Shown: positions 56,516-64,000 of the stretch, in pieces
Layout of the letters: each line of letters starts with the position of its first letter
Position numbering within the stretch: position 1 is the stretch's first letter
Source of the DNA: a virus
Taxonomy: Duplodnaviria; Caudoviricetes
Virus record (IMG/VR): IMGVR_UViG_3300047557_002497
Coordinates: 1,414 to 65,413 of that record
Length of the DNA stretch: 64,000 bases
Strand: one strand, 5' to 3'
Notes under the pieces: generated by a model
Databases searched by the model: none
Seen by the model: only the letters and a program-made list of their open reading frames with translations
What the model was told of the DNA's origin: nothing
Translations under genes and position numbers: made by a program

Positions 56516-56521
56516 GTTGAC

Positions 56522-56550
56522 ATAGTATCATCAACTGCTATTCTAGACAA
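56522..56550 (-). promoter_or_regulatory. promoter TTGTCT-N17-TACTAT, 6 nt before ATG (leaderless)
   Basis: -10 at 56522-56527; ATG at 56515. Confidence 0.55.
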
Positions 56551-56564
56551 TGATCTTTTATAAA

Positions 56565-56601
56565 GAAAGCGCCGGACATAGCCCATATGTCCGGCGCTTT
56601 C
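56565..56601 (-). terminator. intrinsic terminator, 16-bp stem
   Basis: GAAAGCGCCGGACATA-N5-TATGTCCGGCGCTTTC followed by TTTA on the minus strand. Confidence 0.75.
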
Positions 56602-56701
56602 AGTGCGAGCATAACTCAAGCACTCAGTGACGTTAGGCTACCACACCAGAACACGTCACCTAAACCAAAAATAGCACATTGAGGTTTAGATGAAAAGCTC
56701 C

Positions 56702-57532
56702 TTAGTTCATCTTGGGACCAGTAGCGCCAACGAACGAGCCAGCAGCTTTCGCAGCTTCTTCAGCTTTGGCAGCACCATTCTCGCGAATATACTGTCCCTG
56801 TTTCGTGATGTTCCAGCCTTTTGCAGACCAAGGATTGTCATCAGCATTCGCGAACAGACCCTTGCCATTGGCTCCACCACCAGAAGAAGCTGGCCACCAA
56901 TGAGGTTTCGATTTCTGCATGTCTTTCAAGAAGCCACGAACATCGGAACCTGGAGTCACACCTTTTGCATCAGCCTTGACAACAAATTCTCCGCTTTCAT
57001 TTTTCTCAAAGTAATTTGAAGCGATGAATTCAATGTCAGAGATAGCAGTCGGCACAACTTTCATGTCAATCGCAACTTGTCTGATAGCTTCAGACAGATC
57101 ACGTTTTTCGATTGTCTTCAAAAGACTGTTGACGTTTCCTGAGAGCTCAGAGTTAGATGTCTCAAGCTCTTTGATTTTGCGTTCAAGAGGAGAAGTTTTC
57201 TGCACCAGACGAGATTCGACAATTTTGTCAATACCAGCCTGATCGAGTTTTCCACCAGCAGCAAGTTCCAGTTCGCCCATACGATCAAGGCGTTCTTGAA
57301 TCTTCGCAGGATCATCACCAAGAGCTTTCCAGGTCTTGATCAGTTCTCTCGTCTTACCATGATCTTCACGTTCCTTGCGAAGACCTTCTTGGACATTCAT
57401 TATGTCCTGATTGGTCTTCATTCCCTTTACGCCAGCAAGAACAAATTTCCCTTCCTTGTTCTCATAGAGGCCTTTGTAAGAGGCAGGAACAGAAGCTTCG
57501 TCGTCGTAAGAAAGTTCGATTTCATCAGGCAC
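56702..57532 (-). CDS. capsid scaffolding protein
   Basis: Coiled coil; PHWWPASSGGGA...NPW....WNITKQ C-terminus. Confidence 0.8.
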   Translation of the reverse strand: MPDEIELSYDDEASVPASYKGLYENKEGKFVLAGVKGMKTNQDIMNVQEGLRKEREDHGKTRELIKTWKALGDDPAKIQERLDRMGELELAAGGKLDQAGIDKIVESRLVQKTSPLERKIKELETSNSELSGNVNSLLKTIEKRDLSEAIRQVAIDMKVVPTAISDIEFIASNYFEKNESGEFVVKADAKGVTPGSDVRGFLKDMQKSKPHWWPASSGGGANGKGLFANADDNPWSAKGWNITKQGQYIRENGAAKAEEAAKAAGSFVGATGPKMN

Positions 57533-57544
57533 TTTGTCTCTCCA

Positions 57545-59077
57545 TTATGACTTTTGTGTTCTTCCACTCGGGTGAGTTGTTTGACCTTTCGGCTTTCCGC
57601 CTTCACCTTTGTTTGGGTTGTTCGGATCATTCGGCTGAACTGGAGCCTGATCCGGAGTCTTCGGCTTTCCGAAAACGAAATCTTCCGTGTCCTCTTTCTC
57701 GGCTTCTTCGACTTCCTCTTCGAAGGTCTTGGTAGTGAGATGTCTCTTAACAGAGAGATCATGCATGGATTTTGCAGAAATCGGCCAGCCAAGATTACGA
57801 GCAGTTGCGATTTCAACCATGGACTGTCCAGTGAGAGGCATATCACCGAATTCTTTGTTCGGCGTTACCTTGACTTCCTCTGGGTCTTCGTCCATCCATT
57901 TTGCAACAGATTTCAGGACGAGTTCGAGCCCAAAGGCACCAGCCTCAACGACTTGATTCATGTCTGCTGTTCTAGCTGCGATTCTGAGTCGCAGACTGTC
58001 ACCAGATTCTCTTTCTCTGCTCGTAGAATCAAGAGTCTGAGCTCCCATCGAGCTTGCTCTTGAGGTTAACCTATCAAGTGCTTCTCTTTGTTCAGAGAGA
58101 CCATCACCTGTGACACCGACAAACTTCGCGTCACCACCTTGCGGGAGATCAATTCTTGCACCAGTCCCAAGTCTAACAGAATCTTCTTCAGAGAACATTC
58201 CACCAATCGTTACGAACGTGTCTTGTCCTTGCATGTAGAGGTTCTGGCGATAGTCAGCTTCTCCACGATAGATTGCAAGACTGATGTTCGCAAGATCAAG
58301 CAAAGGAGGATCATCAACATCTGCTGTTACATCACAAGAATTAATGATTGTGAAAGGGATCTCGTTGAGAGTTCTACCTTTCCATTGCGGAGCCTTCATG
58401 TTCGATATAGCATATTCACTGTCATCAACAAAAACTCCCTGGAAATACTCTCCAGCGTTTTCGTTGCTTTCCATTGGTCCGAGAGTAAGAACCCTTGCTT
58501 TCTCTTTCTTGGTCCATGTGAACACGTCTCTGACTTGCTCAGATTCATCAAGAACTACAAGGTTCAATTTCTGTGGAATGAGAGTCTCAACTGCTCCATC
58601 ATCCCAATTCACTATTTTCTCAGATTCATAGAGAGTGATGTATGGAATATCGTTGTCTGGAGTTGTCTTGACCGGAATATCAGCCATAACTCCAATACGA
58701 CCAGTCAAGAGTTGTTCAGTATTGATTTTCCTGAGAATGTATTGAAGAGTTTCACCGTTTCGTCCACGAATCTTTTCCATGGCTTTTGGTAATTTGATAT
58801 CAGCAGGCTTTGAGTGCATCATGCCGATTGCTGACTGAACTGCTTCACGAACAAAGTTAAAGAACACGGCTCTTTTCTGATAAGCCATGTAAGCAAGATA
58901 TCCCTTGCTCGTGACTGCACCTCTGCCACCATCAAGGACTTGTGAAGCCGTCATCGGCAGATAAAGCTCATTCTTAGATTTGATCTGCCTCTCACCCTGA
59001 TAGCAGTCTCTCATTAGGAGCCAATCAGCCAGCAATAGCTGATACTCAGGATGCTTTGATGAAAGAATGTTTGCCAT
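57545..59077 (-). CDS. portal protein (DUF4055-like)
   Basis: HPEY...W...RD.Y.GE..IK...YLP; PPLLDLA.I. Confidence 0.9.
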   Translation of the reverse strand: MANILSSKHPEYQLLLADWLLMRDCYQGERQIKSKNELYLPMTASQVLDGGRGAVTSKGYLAYMAYQKRAVFFNFVREAVQSAIGMMHSKPADIKLPKAMEKIRGRNGETLQYILRKINTEQLLTGRIGVMADIPVKTTPDNDIPYITLYESEKIVNWDDGAVETLIPQKLNLVVLDESEQVRDVFTWTKKEKARVLTLGPMESNENAGEYFQGVFVDDSEYAISNMKAPQWKGRTLNEIPFTIINSCDVTADVDDPPLLDLANISLAIYRGEADYRQNLYMQGQDTFVTIGGMFSEEDSVRLGTGARIDLPQGGDAKFVGVTGDGLSEQREALDRLTSRASSMGAQTLDSTSRERESGDSLRLRIAARTADMNQVVEAGAFGLELVLKSVAKWMDEDPEEVKVTPNKEFGDMPLTGQSMVEIATARNLGWPISAKSMHDLSVKRHLTTKTFEEEVEEAEKEDTEDFVFGKPKTPDQAPVQPNDPNNPNKGEGGKPKGQTTHPSGRTQKS

Positions 59078-59115
59078 GCGACCTCTATTACGCTAAATTT
59101 CACCCTATGACAAAC

Positions 59116-60660
59116 CTAAACTCCTGAGACTGAACCTGTCCCACCAACAGTGGTAATCCATCTCACAAAATATCTAGCTTCGTCTGCAACGTGATCTTCT
59201 GCATCAGTATCAATATCATCCATATCCTTCTCATCACGAGGAAGAACAGGAAGAGTTTCTACAAACGATTTACAATCTTCAAATACAAACAATCCAGGTT
59301 TTTCACGAGGATATACTCTTTTCTCACCATTTACGAGCTTAACGTTCGGCCATGCGTTCTTCAATTTCTGACGAAGTTGGACCCAACCAGTATTCCTTGA
59401 TCCTGGTCTCTTATCAGATGGTGCCCAAATGATACCGGGATACCTGTATCCATCATCGAGCCGAACCTTCATTCTCATGTCTGTAGCGATACAGTTTCCA
59501 TTCTCAGCAGCAAAGATTTGAGCGTCTGCCACTCCAGTCTTTACCTTGCACCAGTTGTCTCCTTTGTGCCTCCAACCCCACTCGAGCTCTCTTTTAACGA
59601 TTCCTTCAGAGATGTCAGTCGCAAGCATGTCAAGTCCCTCATTGGGCTTTCCAGTGCTTCCATACCATTCTCTCACTCTAAACATATCGTTCTTAAGAGT
59701 GCTTCGCCAAATTCCCTGACGATCTTGAACATCACTTCCATCAGAAAGAGCCCACCATCCTACAGAGAATGGCTTAGAAGATCCCCAGTCAAACGATCTG
59801 AATATCTTCCAGTTCTCTGGTATATCAAACCGTGGAAGAATGTTGTAGTCTGGACTCCACACGTCATCAAACATGCCGCCAGCAACGATGTTCCAGTCGC
59901 CTTCTAGCCATGCTTTCTTTTCAGCTTCGTTCCGAGCCGATGCAGCAATTCTGTTCTTATAGTCCGGATCAGCTTCAAGAAGTGCAATGTTCTCATCAAT
60001 GTGACTATGAATCACAAGACGTGGAGGCTCTGGGATATTGTCGTCGTCTACAAGATCACGACGGACAATCATATTCATTATTTTTGGTTTGAAACGATAC
60101 TTCACCCAATTGTGACCTGGACCATATGGGTTTGTCGTGGCTCTGATCATGCGTGGCATTCCCTTTTGGGATGACCGACAGCATGAGAACATTCTACGAT
60201 AACCAGCGTCAGAAGCCCAATTGCAGAGCTCCTCCCAGCCGATCCAAGGGTATTCGTGACCGTGATAGTTCCAGTAGTCGTCTTCTTTGGCAAATTGACG
60301 AAGAAGAAGTTGCTCTCCTGTCGGCCAAGTCCATGTATGCTCAGAGTGGTTGAACTTTGCGTCTGGCCAGATTTGAGGAATCCATTTTTTCGTCTTGGAA
60401 ATGACGTCTGTCAGTTGCTTATAGGTCTGACGGAACAAAATCCCTTTCCACGCCGTGCCAAATCCCTTCCCCACGTGTTGACAGAATGACATTAGAAGAC
60501 AATCTGTCTTCCCTCCGCCCCTCGTCCCTTCGAACAACACTTCGAAAATCGGCGTTGATGCCAGGAACGCTTCTTGGCTTCCAGCCATAGGACGCCAGAT
60601 CACGTTTTTCGGATACTTCAAATCTATATATCCATTTTTTAGAGCGACGAACTCTTTCAA
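59116..60660 (-). CDS. terL: terminase large subunit (start uncertain)
   Basis: GTRGGGKTD Walker A, WIGWEEL, TTNPYGPGH, FDWG, EDHVADEARY. Confidence 0.95.
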   Translation of the reverse strand: MKEFVALKNGYIDLKYPKNVIWRPMAGSQEAFLASTPIFEVLFEGTRGGGKTDCLLMSFCQHVGKGFGTAWKGILFRQTYKQLTDVISKTKKWIPQIWPDAKFNHSEHTWTWPTGEQLLLRQFAKEDDYWNYHGHEYPWIGWEELCNWASDAGYRRMFSCCRSSQKGMPRMIRATTNPYGPGHNWVKYRFKPKIMNMIVRRDLVDDDNIPEPPRLVIHSHIDENIALLEADPDYKNRIAASARNEAEKKAWLEGDWNIVAGGMFDDVWSPDYNILPRFDIPENWKIFRSFDWGSSKPFSVGWWALSDGSDVQDRQGIWRSTLKNDMFRVREWYGSTGKPNEGLDMLATDISEGIVKRELEWGWRHKGDNWCKVKTGVADAQIFAAENGNCIATDMRMKVRLDDGYRYPGIIWAPSDKRPGSRNTGWVQLRQKLKNAWPNVKLVNGEKRVYPREKPGLFVFEDCKSFVETLPVLPRDEKDMDDIDTDAEDHVADEARYFVRWITTVGGTGSVSGV

Positions 60661-60970
60661 GGGTCACTTTTTTCTTACGAGAAGGATCATACACCTTCCC
60701 TTTATAAAAGACAACTGCATGATTAGTGCGATGGAAATTAACACTTTTCACAGAAACGATAACTGGTTTCTTCTTATTTATGAATCTTTTTGATCTAAAA
60801 GTTGTGAAACCAAGTTCTGTCGCTATATCATGAATATACACTCCTTCTTTATGAGTGTTATACCCTGATTCTACAGCGACTTTGGCGACTTTTTCGTAAG
60901 GAACTCTTAATGCCATAGCGATCGAGGCTACAGCACAGTCACATCTGCGTCTTTGCTTTATGAGCTTCAC
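60419..60970 (-). CDS. C39-like cysteine peptidase domain protein overlapping the terL 5' end
   Basis: KQ...DCAVASIAM, HAVV....VYDP; GTG start with AGGA RBS. Confidence 0.6.
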   Translation of the reverse strand: MKLIKQRRRCDCAVASIAMALRVPYEKVAKVAVESGYNTHKEGVYIHDIATELGFTTFRSKRFINKKKPVIVSVKSVNFHRTNHAVVFYKGKVYDPSRKKKVTLERVRRSKKWIYRFEVSEKRDLASYGWKPRSVPGINADFRSVVRRDEGRREDRLSSNVILSTRGEGIWHGVERDFVPSDL

Positions 60971-61229
60971 GCTTTTTCCTATTATAGAGAGCCATTTCGC
61001 GCATTGTAATTTCAACTGCACCGTTTTGAACAGCCAATTTCCGCTTAGAAATTGATAAATCAAAATGCTCGTCTGGTCTTCCTTTGTGCTGTATCCATTT
61101 TGGGTCCAAATCTATCTTTTTGACCATTTCGACAAGTTCTTCATGAGTATCAGCCATCATGTGGCTCATTTTCATGCGTCCATATTGGCCCAAATTGAAG
61201 AGATACATGTCATCGACGTAGACGGTCAT
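60939..61229 (-). CDS. DUF4031-like protein
   Basis: MTVYVDD...SHMMADT.EEL...W.Q...HFDL...R..AV..GA. Confidence 0.8.
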   Translation of the reverse strand: MTVYVDDMYLFNLGQYGRMKMSHMMADTHEELVEMVKKIDLDPKWIQHKGRPDEHFDLSISKRKLAVQNGAVEITMREMALYNRKKREAHKAKTQM

Positions 61230-61828
61230 CTTCTACACTCTCTCATTTCATTATTCTCTAAGAATTTCCTAAACGACACTTCTTCTCCACATCTAATGCA
61301 TTTCAAGAAAATGTCACCATCTGTTTCGTCTGTATAGAATTTGTTGATTATCAAAACATGACCTCTTTTCGCAGCAGAATAAAAGTAGTCTCTATCTTGA
61401 AAATCATTATCTTGTATTTCTTTCATCGTTACATAGATTTGTCCATCAGAATCAAAATTCTGTGAAGGAACAAGTTTCATAAGAGTGTTAGCAGCACGAA
61501 ATAGTCTTTGCCTGAACTCATTAGTTCTAGAACCTTTATCAAAACCAAGAAATTTTGTAATTTCTTTAGGAAGTTTAACGGCAGGCAAAGGTTTATGCAT
61601 CATAGGAATTTCTAAATATGGAGTATATATTCCTCCAAAATCATAATCATGATCTACAAGTTTTTTATATTTCATCTCATCAATAGCTTTTTGCTGATAA
61701 GGTTTCAGCTTCACTGTCACATTCTGATCTCTTGGATCAAGTTTCAAAATGCTCTCACAATGACATGTTCCTGTCTTCCGACAAGAGCAATTTCCATGTT
61801 TCTTTTCACAGATGTCGAAGTGATTCAT
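61226..61828 (-). CDS. hypothetical protein
   Basis: Coupled ORF with Cys clusters. Confidence 0.6.
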   Translation of the reverse strand: MNHFDICEKKHGNCSCRKTGTCHCESILKLDPRDQNVTVKLKPYQQKAIDEMKYKKLVDHDYDFGGIYTPYLEIPMMHKPLPAVKLPKEITKFLGFDKGSRTNEFRQRLFRAANTLMKLVPSQNFDSDGQIYVTMKEIQDNDFQDRDYFYSAAKRGHVLIINKFYTDETDGDIFLKCIRCGEEVSFRKFLENNEMRECRR

Positions 61829-62091
61829 TTCTTGAGTTTCCTAGCAAGCCAATCAACGAGTTTATCTTCAAGGGTTTTCTGGATTTTGTCTACGCTTTCA
61901 CCAGTGATTCTGACCTGATCAGCCCCTTGAAGTTTTTGCACAACATATTTCGGTGGATTCAGAATAGTGAATTTATCACCATTGGATAGAATGATGATAG
62001 TATTCAATCCTTCGTTTCCAACACAAGAAACATGCTCAGGATTTATGTAGATCTTTCTTTCAGACTCAGATATTAATTCCACGAGTTTCAT
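61825..62091 (-). CDS. FlbD/SwrD-like small protein
   Basis: LVEL...IYINPEHV..V...T.IILSNG.KF.I. Confidence 0.5.
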   Translation of the reverse strand: MKLVELISESERKIYINPEHVSCVGNEGLNTIIILSNGDKFTILNPPKYVVQKLQGADQVRITGESVDKIQKTLEDKLVDWLARKLKK

Positions 62092-62462
62092 AGTATTCCT
62101 GCTTTCGTTAAGAATTCAAAGGCGCGACGTTGTTCTTCTTTGTCTATCTTTGACAAGAAGTCAATTCTCAGTTGAGGATCCACATGCTCGGAGACGAGTA
62201 TTGCATCACAACCCAAACCAAACCCAATGATAGAGCCAATAGCCCAAGAAATGTCAGACTTGTCGAATAGTGGATATTCTTTAGAAATAGCGTCCACCAC
62301 TCCACAGAAGTTGTCTTTCGTTAGAAAAGGACATCTCATGCGTATTGGGATTTGAGTTTGTCCACTGACAATCATTGATGCGATGAAACAAAGCTGATCT
62401 TGGCAGCATTGTCCGCAGTTATTGCACGGAGAGCCGTATGGAGGTTTCTCGATTTCAGTCAT
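62088..62462 (-). CDS. CxxCxxCC (YkgJ-like) metal-binding protein
   Basis: CNNCGQCC...CPFL....CG. Confidence 0.65.
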   Translation of the reverse strand: MTEIEKPPYGSPCNNCGQCCQDQLCFIASMIVSGQTQIPIRMRCPFLTKDNFCGVVDAISKEYPLFDKSDISWAIGSIIGFGLGCDAILVSEHVDPQLRIDFLSKIDKEEQRRAFEFLTKAGIL

Positions 62463-62683
62463 CTCACTTCAACTTTTCTGTCATATGAAATCACAATCGC
62501 TCCTTTGAAGACACCATCTTCAACTGGTTTATTCTCTATGAGAGCTTTATTCAAACTCTCTATGAGAGCGCTTAATTCAGGAGTAACTCCATTTCCGATA
62601 GCGTCTTTGATTTCCAAATTCATTTCTGGATTTTCAAGCTGAAAACTATGTGTGACACTTGTTATGAAACCTCTGGGTTTCAT
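62459..62683 (-). CDS. hypothetical protein
   Basis: Coupled ORF. Confidence 0.55.
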   Translation of the reverse strand: MKPRGFITSVTHSFQLENPEMNLEIKDAIGNGVTPELSALIESLNKALIENKPVEDGVFKGAIVISYDRKVEVR

Positions 62684-62865
62684 GATATCAGTCCATGAAT
62701 TTTGTCAAGCGAATCTGTCACGTTGAAGATATGAGTTTGACTGAAACTCGAAACTTTCACTGTTGAACCTTTTGGATTTGACATCACGTAAACAATCATT
62801 TCACTGTTTACGATTAGATCGTTTCCTTCTGTGGTTTTCAGCTTGATGAATTTAGAAATTGGCAT
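62680..62865 (-). CDS. FlbD/SwrD-like small protein
   Basis: FIKL...G..LIVN.E.I..V....ST.....VTDSLDKI. Confidence 0.5.
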   Translation of the reverse strand: MPISKFIKLKTTEGNDLIVNSEMIVYVMSNPKGSTVKVSSFSQTHIFNVTDSLDKIHGLIS

Positions 62866-63088
62866 GTGATTCCAGCTCCGATTTAAGTTCACAGTTTCTC
62901 TTGTGCCCAAAAGCAGAAGGATTGAAGTCACCTCCTGCTCCTGAATTCGGCTTTACTTGGAAACAGATTGGACAGGCTGGATATGGTCGTCCTACATCTC
63001 CCATATGAACTCCAGGACCATAAGCAGATCCTGACCATTCAAGGCGTTTTAGAAGTTCGATTGCTTTGTCAGTCATTATAGCTTCCAT
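62852..63088 (-). CDS. small zinc-binding protein
   Basis: LEWSG...CPIC...GH...C.L. Confidence 0.55.
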   Translation of the reverse strand: MEAIMTDKAIELLKRLEWSGSAYGPGVHMGDVGRPYPACPICFQVKPNSGAGGDFNPSAFGHKRNCELKSELESHANF

Positions 63089-63169
63089 TTTCTTTTGCAG
63101 CCTCTACATATCATGTGATCTTTTTCTTGATACATGCTGAGATGTCTGCAGAACATTATTTCAAATAAT

Positions 63170-63430
63170 CTAAGCATCGATTTCCTCTTTTCTGATTACA
63201 GATTGTTGTTCAGGAGGAGCACCTCTTCGCCAAGCAAGAAGCACGAGCATTTCTTCATGTCCATCGTGAGGAGCTATTCTAATAGTGTCCTCGGTTACTT
63301 TAATGACAATACCTTGTGAAATACCTTGAATTCCAAGACGATCGTTGAGCCACCTAATTTGGATATAGTCTCCCAATGAGGGAAATTGGGGCGGATATTT
63401 CCAGTTAAGCTCCCAGACGATGTCAGGCAT
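63170..63430 (-). CDS. hypothetical protein
   Basis: Coupled ORF. Confidence 0.55.
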   Translation of the reverse strand: MPDIVWELNWKYPPQFPSLGDYIQIRWLNDRLGIQGISQGIVIKVTEDTIRIAPHDGHEEMLVLLAWRRGAPPEQQSVIRKEEIDA

Positions 63431-63608
63431 GATTTAAATCATTGAAAAGACGTTCTCCGTCTTTCGTATACATATCCTCGAACTGATCAGTGATGATCGT
63501 ATGAACTCCGATGGTTCTTGGATGAGGAGAAACCATCTGGATAAGTTTCGTATTGATGATATGCTCTTCACCCTCGAGGTCAGTGAATTTCACAAAGCGG
63601 TCTGGCAT
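63423..63608 (-). CDS. FlbD/SwrD-like small protein
   Basis: FVKFTDLEGEEHIINTKLIQMV.P...TII; GGAG RBS. Confidence 0.45.
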   Translation of the reverse strand: MPDRFVKFTDLEGEEHIINTKLIQMVSPHPRTIGVHTIITDQFEDMYTKDGERLFNDLNHA

Positions 63609-63734
63609 TTGTTTGGGCTCCCATGCAGATAGTTTATTATACGTGTGCGAGGGGCAAAAGACAAGTCGCAAATGGTCTCTGGAGTTTTTTATTTTTGGAA
63701 TGCTGATCGTGTGGAGTTCTTGGATAAAGGATGC

Positions 63735-64000
63735 GGGACGGGGGTGCTCGAGGCCGGACCGGCCAGCCTGGACCCCGGAGCGCGTCCTTGGGGTGGGGTG
63801 GCCTGCCTGCCCTAGTCACTCAGGCAGGCTTGGTCCTTTACTCAACCTCAATAGAATTAAGGGCTTGCACTACTCCCTGTCCCCATACGCTGACCCCTTG
63901 GTATGCGGAGAAGGCCACTAGGAGGGCGAGCAGGGCGACCCCTAGGGGCAGGCAGGCAGAGGCGAGTGAGGCCCGTTGCGCCTTGCGCTGCGAGCGTGCA
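63735..64000. other. GC-rich non-coding structured region (possible terminus/packaging region)
   Basis: GCCTGCCTG (63801) pairs with CAGGCAGGC (63821); near-inverted copy CTAGGGGCAGGCAGGC at 63942. Confidence 0.45.

Overview
The window is most or all of a tailed dsDNA phage genome of siphovirus type, about 42% GC by eye, with gene order resembling YuA/M6-like phages and GTA-like tail-tip genes. The host is probably a proteobacterium (inference). Nearly every gene is on the minus strand. In transcription order: small-ORF cluster, terL, portal, scaffold, an inserted fibre cassette, major capsid, neck/tail, lysis, helicases and nrdJ, a DNA-modification/nucleotide cluster, polA, primase-helicase, ligase, terB, two tRNAs, accessory genes and terS. 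Main candidate novel system: a 5-hydroxymethyluracil pathway (dUMP hydroxymethylase, dCTP deaminase, MazG-like, HD and aGPT-Pplase1/5-HMUDK-type genes) with a GT-B glycosyltransferase and an FkbM methyltransferase, and no recognisable amino-acid transferase, PLP or radical-SAM genes. This suggests a sugar-modified thymine. The genome looks TC/GA-rich, yet two ~148-bp three-box elements with conserved spacing each contain a 117-138 nt run with no TC or GA, and partial copies occur elsewhere. They may be deliberately unmodified windows. Two homologous 9-bp iteron arrays lie ~33.5 kb apart. All calls come from motif recognition by eye; no searches were run.
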